DNA of 63,667 nucleotides, the filler included. It is 8 parts of 8 records of this genome, joined end to end, with 100 filler letters (N's around TTAATTAATTAA, not from the genome) between each part and the next. Parts side by side here need not be neighbours in the genome. Positions count along the whole stretch, not along the records: positions 5,382 to 11,665 come from DRR723986_7593; positions 11,766 to 17,322 come from DRR723986_7594; positions 17,423 to 23,470 come from DRR723986_7595; 5 more parts are not named here. One strand, given 5' to 3'. The notes under the pieces were generated by a model. It searched no databases and was not told the origin of the DNA. It saw only the letters and a list, made by a program, of their open reading frames with translations. Of this stretch, positions 10,766 to 20,400 are shown in pieces. Within the stretch, counting starts at the first letter, position 1; every line of letters begins with the position of its first letter. A program made the translations under genes and the position numbers.

Positions 10766-11665
10766 ATGACCGACGCTACAACGAATCTCAAATCCCTGCT
10801 CAAAGATCCAAGCCTGCTGGAAACCCGCGCCTATATCGGCGGTAAATGGGTGGATGGCGAGGATGGCACCTTTGACGTGACAAACCCGTCCCGCGGCGAT
10901 GTAATCGCCAAGGTGGCCAACCTCAGCCGCGCTCAGGTGGCCGGCGCCATTTCCCAGGCCGAAGCGGCCCAGAAAGAATGGGCCAGCTGGACCGGCAAGG
11001 AACGTGCAGGCGTTCTGCGCAAATGGTTCGACCTGATGATGGCGAACCAGGACGACCTCGGCGCGATCCTGACCGCAGAGCAAGGCAAACCACTGGCCGA
11101 AGCCAAAGGCGAGGTGGCCTATGGTGCCTCTTTCATCGAGTTTTTCGGCGAAGAGGCCAAACGCATCTACGGTGAAACCATCCCCGGCCACCAGCGCGAC
11201 AAACGCATCACCGTGCTGAAGCAACCCATTGGCGTCGCGGCATCGATCACCCCCTGGAACTTCCCCAATGCAATGATCACCCGCAAAGCCGCACCCGCCT
11301 TGGCCGCCGGTTGTTCTTTCGTCGCCCGCCCCGCCGCCGAAACACCGCTGTCCGCCATCGTCATGGGCGTGCTGGCCGAACGCGCCGGCATCCCCGCAGG
11401 TGTGTTTAATGTGGTGCCGTCCTCCTCGTCCTCTGCAGTGGGCAAGGAGTTTTGTGAAAACCCGGCCGTGCGCAAACTGACCTTCACCGGTTCAACCGAA
11501 GTAGGCCGGATCCTGCTCAAGCAAGCCGCCGACAGCGTCATGAAATGCTCAATGGAACTGGGCGGCAACGCGCCCTTTATCGTGTTCGACGACGCCGATC
11601 TGGATGCCGCTGTCGAAGGCGCGATCATGTGCAAATTCCGCAACAACGGCCAAACCTGCGTCTGC
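10766..11665 (+). CDS. gabD: Succinate-semialdehyde dehydrogenase (NADP+), 3'-truncated
   Basis: EQGKPLAEA, ITPWNFPNAMITRK, FTGSTEVG, MELGGNAPF, KFRNNGQTCVC. Confidence 0.9.
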
Positions 11666-11765
11666 NNNNNNNNNNNNNNNNNNNNNNNNNNNNNNNNNNN
11701 NNNNNNNNNTTAATTAATTAANNNNNNNNNNNNNNNNNNNNNNNNNNNNNNNNNNNNNNNNNNNN
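11666..11765. other. Artificial contig spacer
   Basis: N44-TTAATTAATTAA-N44. Confidence 0.99.
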
Positions 11766-11836
11766 GGGGCTGCGCGGCAGGGCCGCGCTGGTTTGGGGTC
11801 GCGGGCGGTTTGGGTTACACGGGGCGATGCAGTGGG

Positions 11837-12169
11837 TCATGCTTTGCGCCGCCCCACCCAATATCCGCCGCCGAAACAAAGCAGGCCAAGTGGCACCAGA
11901 ACCACCGCCGACATGCTCAGCATCAAAGACCAAAGTGTCAGGAATTCACCAAGCCCGTTGATCTGCCCAGCCATCTCGACGCTCAGTCGATACGTCCCCC
12001 ACAACAGCACCACCGCAGGGGGCACGACGACCGCCAATCCCGTTTTAATCGACGCGGCTCGCCCAGAAATCTCTCCCTTACCGAACCTTGCGCCCAACAC
12101 CAGCGCGACGGGCACCGCGACCACGGCACACATCAGACAGGTGTAGAATGAGACCACCAACAGGACCAT
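11837..12169 (-). CDS. Small membrane protein (110 aa, about 3 TM)
   Basis: Three hydrophobic stretches; ATG directly follows the ATPase TAA. Confidence 0.65.
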   Translation of the reverse strand: MVLLVVSFYTCLMCAVVAVPVALVLGARFGKGEISGRAASIKTGLAVVVPPAVVLLWGTYRLSVEMAGQINGLGEFLTLWSLMLSMSAVVLVPLGLLCFGGGYWVGRRKA

Positions 12170-14113
12170 TTAGGCTTTGCCCTCCAGATACCGTTTCTTC
12201 GCGGCCTCTTGGCGGCCGAAATCACGGACCAGTGCGTCGATGGCGACCTCGTCGGATTTGTCGGCATAGCGGAATTCGCTGTCGGCGTAGCGGTTGATCT
12301 CTTGCACCACCATATCCACCGTGATCGGCACCCGCAGGTCGGCGATCATGGCGTGTTTGGTGTCGTAGTCCTGAAACAGGAACAGGTCAGGGTTTTCCAT
12401 CCATTCGTCCGGCAGCTCAAAATCCATCGCGCGGACTTTGACCGCGTCGGTGATGTTCTTGATGGCACGCCCGGTAAAGCGTTCATCTGCCTGTTGGATC
12501 GCCTTGAGATAGGTGCCCAGCTTGGCAATCGTATCGAGCGCGCCGATCTGGCCCTCGACCTGTTCATAGACGCGCAGCAGCCCGTCCTCGTGCGGGCGGG
12601 CGTGGCCCTCGAAACTGGCGGCGACGGCGCGTTTAATCTCCTGCGCGGCAAAGGCGGTGTGATCGCCCAGCGGGATGTCGTGGTTCTTGCCCATCAGCAG
12701 GTTCAGGATGTCGATGTAATCTTCGCGGGTTTGGGGACCATCGACCAGAAACCGGGCCCCGGCGCGTTGGCGCAGGGCGTCATCGACGTTTTCGGGATAG
12801 TTCGAGAACATGCCAAAGGTGCAGTTGCCGCGCACGACGGTGTTGGCGCCTGCAAAGCTTTCCATCAAGACAGCGGTGATTTCGAGTTGCCCGGCTGAGG
12901 ACTGACGATCCCCGCGTTTGCCCGCCAGTTGGTCGATGTCATCAATGGTGCCAAAGCCAATAACCGAGGGGTCCAGAATGGTGTTGATGAACGCCTTGGC
13001 GTTTTGGCCTGATTTGCCCTGATAGCTGTCGATATTGTCGGTGCTGAGGTTCTGATAGCGGAACGGATAGCCCGCGTTCAGGCAGTAATCATTCAACAGT
13101 CCGGCCATCATCTGGATCAACGTCGTCTTGCCGGTGCCCGGTTTGCCATCCCCCATAAAGGTAAAGATGAACCCGCCCAGATCGGCAAAGGGGTTCAACC
13201 GGCGGTCAAAGTCATAGGCCATCAGCATCTTGGCGAGCTTCATCGCCTGATATTTGGCGATGTGGTTGCCGACGACCTCGTTCGGTTTCTTGAACGTCAT
13301 CGTCAGGGTAGTGGATTTCGCTTTCGACGCGGGTTCGAACCCGCGCAGGGTCAGGTCGTCTGCCTCAACATGCCATGCGGACCCGGAAAATCCGGCCACC
13401 TGCGGCGCGCCCTGCGCCCGTTGGGCGGCCTTTTCCATCAACTGCTCGGCAAAGCCGCTGGCCGCTGCGATCAGATGCGCGTCATCGGGGGCTTTGGTGG
13501 CCAAGACCTGATCCAATTCCCACAGGGCCCCATGCAGGGCGAGTTGACCATTGTCGGTCAGCAGTTCGTCAACCTCGCCGACCTCGACCGTGACCTCGGA
13601 CAGGTGCGAAGACAGGAGATAGGCCAGCGCATTGCCCAGAGTGTGGGCGGTAATCAGCGCCTCGCCGGTCAACAGGTCTGAGAATTCGGACTTGCGCGCG
13701 GGGGGCAAATCCCCCGCCAGATTGGCGCGTTTCAAATCGCCCAGCGCGGTTTGATCGGCGTAGATCTCGCCCATCGCGAGGGCAATCGCCACGGCCCGGC
13801 GCAGGGCATGTTGCACCGTCGCCTGTAATGGTGAAGTCAGTGCATCGCCATCATCCGCCGCCTCGATCCGGTCAACCAGATGCACCCCATCGGTGCGCGC
13901 GGTGCGCCGTGTCACCAACCCCGGTGTGGTGGACCGAAACCGCCGCCGCGTGCCAACGCCCGGGCTGCGTTCTGCCGGGGCGTTTGCGGAGGGCGCGACC
14001 GCCGTTGCAATCCGGGGGGCATGTTCGAACCCTTCGAGCAACACGGTTGCGGCCGGGTAATGTTTGCGAATATCCGCCTCGGGCAATTCCATTTGGTCAG
14101 AATTCAAGCTCAT
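12170..14113 (-). CDS. Classic-clade AAA+ ATPase with a long helical N-terminal domain
   Basis: Walker A GKPGTGKT, pore-loop-like IDSYQGKS, Walker B FGTIDDID, SRH SNYPENVDDALRQR; start at MSLNSDQ (SD AGAGG; matches ortholog start). Confidence 0.92.
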   Translation of the reverse strand: MSLNSDQMELPEADIRKHYPAATVLLEGFEHAPRIATAVAPSANAPAERSPGVGTRRRFRSTTPGLVTRRTARTDGVHLVDRIEAADDGDALTSPLQATVQHALRRAVAIALAMGEIYADQTALGDLKRANLAGDLPPARKSEFSDLLTGEALITAHTLGNALAYLLSSHLSEVTVEVGEVDELLTDNGQLALHGALWELDQVLATKAPDDAHLIAAASGFAEQLMEKAAQRAQGAPQVAGFSGSAWHVEADDLTLRGFEPASKAKSTTLTMTFKKPNEVVGNHIAKYQAMKLAKMLMAYDFDRRLNPFADLGGFIFTFMGDGKPGTGKTTLIQMMAGLLNDYCLNAGYPFRYQNLSTDNIDSYQGKSGQNAKAFINTILDPSVIGFGTIDDIDQLAGKRGDRQSSAGQLEITAVLMESFAGANTVVRGNCTFGMFSNYPENVDDALRQRAGARFLVDGPQTREDYIDILNLLMGKNHDIPLGDHTAFAAQEIKRAVAASFEGHARPHEDGLLRVYEQVEGQIGALDTIAKLGTYLKAIQQADERFTGRAIKNITDAVKVRAMDFELPDEWMENPDLFLFQDYDTKHAMIADLRVPITVDMVVQEINRYADSEFRYADKSDEVAIDALVRDFGRQEAAKKRYLEGKA

Positions 14114-14166
14114 GTCACGCAACCTCTTTTAACAATCTTCAAATACGGCAATTCCGGACGCGGCAG

Positions 14167-15285
14167 TCAGTACCGCAAAACCTGCCCGGTGGCGCTGACC
14201 ACAAATTTGCGCACGTCGGCAAACCCCGGCGGGTTCTGTTCGGCCAGCACCTGAAACGGGCGCTGGGGCAGGATGATGGAGCGCTGCATCCGGGTGGTGC
14301 CCGTCTCGGCGCCCTGCCCGCCAAAGGGATCTAGGGCGAAGACCTCGCGCTCAACAGTCGAGAACCAACCGGCGCGCTCTTCGATCACCTGTTCGCTTTC
14401 CAGCTCTTCGGTGGTCCAGGCCAGCGCCCAATCTTGACCCTCGGGAGCTTCGGCCTCGGCCAGAACCCGGCGCAGGGGGCCGGACTGTTCGGTATAGGCC
14501 GACGAATACATCGGCCCCACGTGGATGCGTTTCAGCGACTTGGGGTGCAGATCGTCAAAGTCCTGATCAAACCCCTTGGCAATCGTCAGCAGTTTCAGCC
14601 CCGCCATCGACTGCGCCATCAGGTGGGCCTGTACCTCGGGCCAGCGGCGCTGATCCTTGGGCAGGGTGGTTTTGCCGCTGTCCTCAAGCTCCATCAGGTA
14701 GATGACCGGCAGATTGATCTGACTGTCATAGACGGCCCAATGCAGCATGAACCGCCGCCGGTCGCCATCCGTGCTGATCCAGAGACATTCCGGATCATTG
14801 CGCGCCCAGAACAACTCGCCCTTGAGCAGTTCCTCGTAATACTGCCGCTGGGACAGGGCGAATTGCAGCTTGGTCGGCACCTGTTGTTGGCCGATGATGG
14901 TGCGGACCATATCATCCTTGAGCTCGGCCTCGGACGGCATGTTGGCCAGATGCCGCTGCGCCTGTTGCGCGTCATTGGCCATGGTCAACAATTCTGCTGC
15001 CACCGGAAACCCGCTGTCGCGCTTGTCCATATTGAGGCTGCCAAAGAACCGACCCGTATCCCGCCCGACCAGCAGGTACTTCATGCTGAGCGCGCGAAAG
15101 GTATAGAGCAGCCCCGAGAGATAGCGCGAGATGATCTTGACCTCTTCTTTAGAGATCGCACCCTCTGCCTCCATATTCGCGGCGACACGCAACAGATGCA
15201 CGGTGATCCCCTCAAATTTGCGGAAATACCGTCGCGAGGCAAAGGTGTCGGTCAGGCCAACGTGGTCATGCGCGGGGTCAGTCAT
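14167..15285 (-). CDS. Conserved hypothetical protein, 372 aa
   Basis: Ortholog of 6303..7424; start overlaps the stop of the upstream micropeptide. Confidence 0.88.
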   Translation of the reverse strand: MTDPAHDHVGLTDTFASRRYFRKFEGITVHLLRVAANMEAEGAISKEEVKIISRYLSGLLYTFRALSMKYLLVGRDTGRFFGSLNMDKRDSGFPVAAELLTMANDAQQAQRHLANMPSEAELKDDMVRTIIGQQQVPTKLQFALSQRQYYEELLKGELFWARNDPECLWISTDGDRRRFMLHWAVYDSQINLPVIYLMELEDSGKTTLPKDQRRWPEVQAHLMAQSMAGLKLLTIAKGFDQDFDDLHPKSLKRIHVGPMYSSAYTEQSGPLRRVLAEAEAPEGQDWALAWTTEELESEQVIEERAGWFSTVEREVFALDPFGGQGAETGTTRMQRSIILPQRPFQVLAEQNPPGFADVRKFVVSATGQVLRY

Positions 15286-15460
15286 GGGTATCCTTTTTGT
15301 CCGATTGCAGGCGGTTCATCACGCCGACCGTTATTCCAGCGACACCGCCCGCAACGGCTGTGTGCACCCAAAACGCGACGTCCAAGGCCCATTGCATCAA
15401 AAGCCCTGTCGACACGCCCAGCAGAATGGCCACCGCATAAGATTTCAAAGTCGTTTTCAT
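15278..15460 (-). CDS. Two-TM micropeptide (60 aa)
   Basis: MKTTLKSYAVAILLGVSTGLLMQWALDVAFWVHTAVAGGVAGITVGVMNR...; SD GAGGTG; paralog of 15468..15632. Confidence 0.7.
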   Translation of the reverse strand: MKTTLKSYAVAILLGVSTGLLMQWALDVAFWVHTAVAGGVAGITVGVMNRLQSDKKDTHD

Positions 15461-15467
15461 GATCACC

Positions 15468-15632
15468 TCAGGCCCATCTGCGGATCAGCGCCCCCATGGT
15501 GATAAACCCTGCGGCCACGGCGGCGGCTGTTTGAACGACAACACCCGGATCAAAGGCCCAGTTTACCAGCAAAGCGACCAAAGCGCCGACACCAACGCCG
15601 ATGCTGATCGCTAAGTTCTTTTTCGTATTCAA
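15468..15632 (-). CDS. Two-TM micropeptide (54 aa; below ORF-track cutoff)
   Basis: Hand translation: strong SD GGAGGAGG, TTG start, MNTKKNLAISIGVGVGALVALLVNWAFDPGVVVQTAAAVAAGFITMGALIRRWA*. Confidence 0.7.
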   Translation of the reverse strand: MNTKKNLAISIGVGVGALVALLVNWAFDPGVVVQTAAAVAAGFITMGALIRRWA

Positions 15633-15675
15633 ACTCTGCCTCCTCCATACGGGTGACTACCTCTTGTCTCCGCAC

Positions 15676-15876
15676 TCATTCCTTTAACCTCATACGGCTT
15701 ACCAGCTTAACTGCGCCCACAATTGAAGTAATAAAAACCATTGATCCGACGCCCCATATCGCAGGGGAAGGCCACAGCTTGGCCCAAACTAAGAGAAGCA
15801 CACCAGCAAAACCCAACTGAGCCAACCAAACGGTCCACGAAGAAGGGGTGTTCGACCAAAAAGACCGATCTAGCAC
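15676..15876 (-). CDS. Trp-rich two-TM micropeptide (66 aa)
   Basis: GTG start 2 nt after the coiled-coil gene stop; two hydrophobic segments and a basic C-tail; visibly lower GC than flanks. Confidence 0.6.
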   Translation of the reverse strand: MLDRSFWSNTPSSWTVWLAQLGFAGVLLLVWAKLWPSPAIWGVGSMVFITSIVGAVKLVSRMRLKE

Positions 15877-15878
15877 CC

Positions 15879-16958
15879 TTAGCCCCCGTAAAGGTTCTTA
15901 TCGTGCTTCTCGACGATCGCCGCAAACCGGCGGGCAAAGCGTTCGTCGGCTTTGGCTTTCTTCTCTAGCACGTCGCGGGCGAACACCATGTGGTCCTCGT
16001 GGGCGTCCAGCATGTCGGCCATTTTCTGGTTCGTCGCGGTGCCGATGGCGGCCATGGCGGTTTGCGCCTCTTGGTCGGTTTTGACGCCGATTTCGTTGAT
16101 GCGGTGGGCGACGTCCTGCTGTTGGGCCGTTTTCAGCGAGCTGGTCAGCGCGTCATAGAGCACCACGCGCTGCGCGGTGTCTGTCTGCAGCTTGTTGATC
16201 AGCACCATCTGCGTCGCCGCTTGGTTCTGCAGGGAATCGACCCAGGTTTTGCCCTTTTCGATGTAACGCTCCAGCGTCTGACTTTTGGCCAGCTTGACCT
16301 GTTCGTCCTGCACCAGAGCATTATAGCTCTTGTTCATTTCGGCCAGTTCGGTTTCCAGCTTGGTGCGCGCCGCCGCATCCTGTTCCACCGCGATTTTGTT
16401 TTCCAAGGCGATGATCGCCGGGTCCATACCCAGAATGTCGGCGCGGACATTTTCCAGCTCTTGCACCGTGAATTCCCGGTCATCCAGCGTCGAGGTCAGA
16501 TTTACCTCGACCTTTTCGCGCTGTTCCTCGAGCACCGCCAACTGTCCTTCGAGCAGCTGAACGATCACATCCGACTTGGCGATCAGATCCTGCAGCTTGT
16601 CGTCAATGTTTGCAGAGCGGATTCGCTCCTGACGCATGGAATCCGACTTGGCCCCGGCAAAAATGCCAACAAAGCTCTCCCATCCGGTTTTCGAGCGCAT
16701 CTCGTCAAAATCTTTGGAAAACGCGCTGGTCACATCATCCAAGCCCATGATCAGCTCGGCAATATTGGCGTTCATCACGTCCGTATGGGCGTGCACATCC
16801 TCGAGCGTGGCGTTTTCGATATCAATATCGGCCTCGCCCGCATCAATTTTGGACCGTGCAGATTCAATGCGCCCGGTCAGACCTTGGATCTTGGCCTGAC
16901 TTTCTTTTACCTTCTGCTGCGTTTCCCGAATGATTGCATCAAATTCTGAGTCAGACAC
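15879..16958 (-). CDS. Conserved all-helical / coiled-coil protein, 359 aa
   Basis: Ortholog of 7452..8528; GTG start with AAGGGGA SD. Confidence 0.88.
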   Translation of the reverse strand: MSDSEFDAIIRETQQKVKESQAKIQGLTGRIESARSKIDAGEADIDIENATLEDVHAHTDVMNANIAELIMGLDDVTSAFSKDFDEMRSKTGWESFVGIFAGAKSDSMRQERIRSANIDDKLQDLIAKSDVIVQLLEGQLAVLEEQREKVEVNLTSTLDDREFTVQELENVRADILGMDPAIIALENKIAVEQDAAARTKLETELAEMNKSYNALVQDEQVKLAKSQTLERYIEKGKTWVDSLQNQAATQMVLINKLQTDTAQRVVLYDALTSSLKTAQQQDVAHRINEIGVKTDQEAQTAMAAIGTATNQKMADMLDAHEDHMVFARDVLEKKAKADERFARRFAAIVEKHDKNLYGG

Positions 16959-16990
16959 GGCTCAAATCCCCTTTTGTTACTGTAATACTC

Positions 16991-17022
16991 ATTAGTTAGG
17001 TAATGTAACGGTGATTTACATC
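16991..17022 (-). promoter_or_regulatory. Conserved operator/promoter of the coiled-coil-AAA operon, copy 2
   Basis: Perfect inverted repeat ATGTAA-N7-TTACAT (17003..17021) followed on the minus strand by CCTAACT; nearly the same distance to start codon as copy 1. Confidence 0.65.
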
Positions 17023-17307
17023 CCCCCAACACACTCTTTCCGCGAAAGTTTTGCAAACCTGCCTCAGAAAGAAAACACATATCTTTACCGCACAAACATG
17101 TGACATGCAGGTACACAGATCCGCCGATCATGCACTTTTTTCAAATTGCCCCTTGAACGAATCCCGATCCCGTTCCATATCAGATGCGCTTACGTTATTC
17201 CTATTCGACCACTGTCTCCCGTTTACCGGCACTCAGTCTTTCGATCCAGGCCGACTACGCAGGGCTACCGCACTCAAGCAGGTAGCAACATTATGGAGAC
17301 TACGGAT

Positions 17308-17322
17308 ATGGCCACTGGCACC
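17308..17322 (+). CDS. Probable start of a cold-shock (CspA-family) protein, truncated
   Basis: SD GGAGA then MATGT, the usual alphaproteobacterial Csp N-terminus (MATGTVKWFN); only 5 codons visible. Confidence 0.45.
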
Positions 17323-17422
17323 NNNNNNNNNNNNNNNNNNNNNNNNNNNNNNNNNNNNNNNNNNNNTTAATTAATTAANNNNNNNNNNNNNNNNNNNNNN
17401 NNNNNNNNNNNNNNNNNNNNNN
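17323..17422. other. Artificial contig spacer
   Basis: N44-TTAATTAATTAA-N44. Confidence 0.99.
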
Positions 17423-17426
17423 CCAG

Positions 17427-20400
17427 GTGGACTCTGGGGGCTGCAGCACGTCGGGCGTGGAGGTGACGGCACTGAGCACCACGTCGTACCGGGCGGTGGT
17501 GACGTGCGCGGCGTCCGGGCCCTGGGCGATCTACGAGACGTTCGGAGGCGGTTGGCAGCTGGTGCGGCGCGTGGCGAGCGGGACGGCGTGGCACCAGGCG
17601 ACGGACAACCTCGCCGGCACGGCGGTGTACGGGACGTTCTCGGCAGACCCAACAGTCGACGCGTCGTTCTCCGTGGCGTTCGACGGCGCCTCGTTCGACC
17701 AGTTCCTGTTCGCCTCCGGGGACGGGGCGCTGTGGCTGGTGGTGTCCAAGGCCGACGTGGCGCAGACCGGCGCCGCCGTCGCCGCCACGGTGCTGGCGTC
17801 CTCCACGTCGCCGAGCGCGGGGTACAGCGCCACGTGGCAGAACCAGGCCGGGGTCGCCGAGGAGCCGTGGATCTCGCTGGGCAACTACGCCGACGCGGCG
17901 GCCAGCGGCGAGTTCCTCTACGCCGAGGCGTCCACGGCGTCGTTCACGAGCGTGCTGGGCGCGCACGGGGGCGCCAACGTGTTCGTCCGCAGCTCCACCG
18001 CGGGGCCCAACGCGCACACGCTGGCGGGGCGGTTCTCGCTGGGGCTCGCGGCGTCGCCCGCGGCCACGGACAACGTGGGCAACGTGGTCACCGCGGCCAA
18101 CGGCCCGCTCACGCTGGACATCGACGACGCCAGTCCCGTGCCCGTGGTCACGTCGGCGCGGGCCACGCCCACCAACCAGAACACGAACACGTTCACGATC
18201 ACGTTCAACGAGGACGTGGTGGGGTTCGGGTCGTCGGACCTGACGTTCGCCGCGGGCACCACGGGGGCGGCGATGGGCACGCCCTCGGCCGTCAGCGCGT
18301 ACCAGTACAAGGTGCTCGTCAACTCGGCCACGCTGGAGGGCACGTACACGCTCTCGGTGAACACTGCGGGCGGCGGCCGGGACCGCGCGGGCAACGTCCT
18401 CTCCACGGCGTCGTTCGCGGTGGTGGTGGACCGCACCGCGCCCGTGGCCACCGTGTCGTCGGTGCAGCCGCTGCGCACCAACCAGCCCACCAACACGTTC
18501 AGCGTGGTGTTCGACACGGACGTGTACGACTTTGGCGTGGACGACCTCTCGTTCCTGCCGGTGACGACGGGCGCCAGCGTGGCCGCGGTCGCGGGCGTCA
18601 GCGGGCCGCGCGAGTTTGCGTTCCTGGTCAGCGGCGCCGCGTCCGAGGGCACGTACTCGCTCGCGGTGGACGCGTCCAAGGGGGACGCGCACGACCTGGC
18701 CGGCAACGCGCCGGCCACCTCCAGCGCGGTGTCGGTGACGATCGACCGCACCTCCCCCGTGGCCACGCTGTCGCTCGCGGTGGCGGGCCCGACCAACGTG
18801 GCCGCCAACACGCTCACCGTGGTGTTCAGCGAGCAGACGTACGACTTTGGCGCGGACGACGTGGTGCTGGGCGCCGGCGCCACCAACGCCCAGATCGCCA
18901 GCGTCGCCGCGGCGGCGGGCAACACGGACGGCACGCGGTACGTGGTGGTGGTGTCGGGGATCGACACGGACGGGACCTACACGCTGTCCGTCAGCGCCAA
19001 CGACGCGCACGACTACGCGGGCAACCTGGTGGCGAGCGCCGGGCCAAAGTCCGTGCTGTTCGACCACACCCCGCCCGTGCCCACCATCTCGGGCCCCAAG
19101 GCGTCGGGCCTGACCGTCAACGACGCGCCCATCGACTTTGCCATCGTCCTCAGCGAGGCGTCCACCAACCTGGTGCTGGCCGACCTGGCGCTGGCCAACT
19201 GCAACAGCCCGGTGTGGAGCGTCGTGTCGTCGTCGCAGTACGGGCTGGCGTGCGCGGCGAACGACGGCCAGGCCGTGACGGTGACCGTGCCGGCGGGCTG
19301 CTTCACCGACGCCGCGGGCAACGCCAACACGGCGGCCGCCACCATCACGCTCAACTCGGACACCACGCCGCCCACGGCCACCGTGTCGTCGGCGCTGTAC
19401 ACGACGGGGGCGTACACCAACGCGGCCACGGCGACGTTCGCGATCGCGCTGTCGGAGCCGGCCACCGACTTTGCGCAGGGCGACCTGGGCCTGATCGGGT
19501 GCGCCAGCCCGTCGTTCAGCGCGTCGTCGGCGCAGTCGTACTCGGTCACGTGCTCGCTCACCAACAACGTCAAGACCGAGGTGTGGGTCAAGGCGGGCAG
19601 CTTCTCGGACGCGGGCGACAACTTCAACGCGGGCGACTCCAACATCTTCGTGGTCAACTCGGACAAGACGGCGCCCACCGTGACCGTGTCCGCGGCCACG
19701 GCGGGCCCCACCAAGTCCACCGCGATGACGTGGACGGTGCAGTTCAGCGAGGCGGTGTACAACTTTGGGGCGCAGCACGCCACGCTCGCGGCCTCGGGCG
19801 GCGGGGCGGTGGCGAGCGGGCCCACGCTGGCGACCACCAGCACGGACCGCACCAAGTACACGCTCCAGGCCGTCTCGGGCGCGGACGGCACGTTCACGCT
19901 GTCCGTGCCGGCCACCACCGGGGTCGTGGACCGCGCGGGCAACACGCTGCAGGCGGCGTCCAACACCAACGCCGCCACGCTGGTGGACACCACCCCGCCG
20001 GTGGGCACGGTCACGCTGCAGAGCCACGCGGGCCCCACCAACGTCGCGTACATGGTGTGGCGGTTCTCGTTCGACGAGCCCGTGTACGGCTTCGCCGCGG
20101 CGTCGGACGTGCGCGTGACGCTCAACGGCGCCACGGCGTCCAGCGGCTTCGACGCGCCCGTGCTCCGCACCACCGTGACCGCCAACCAGGCGTTCGACGT
20201 GTCCGTGCTGGCGGCCACGAGCGGCACGTTCGGCGCGTCGCTGGCGGCCAGCGCGGTCACCGACCTCGCCGGGAACGCCAACGTGGCGGCGTCGGCCGAC
20301 AGTGCCGTGGTGGTGGACCTGGCGCGCCCCACCGTCGCCGTGTCGCTGGTGTCCGCGCAGGGGCCGACCTACAACGCGTCCATGACGTGGCGGGCCGTGG

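Noticed and set aside
15879-15890. C-terminal GG of the coiled-coil protein as a ubiquitin/Pup-like conjugation tail
   Set aside because: The ortholog ends in YGA, and no ligase or proteasome genes are nearby
5382-16958. Tandem duplication of the AAA operon within one genome
   Set aside because: Copies are on separate contigs with different flanks and many synonymous differences; more likely orthologs from two organisms
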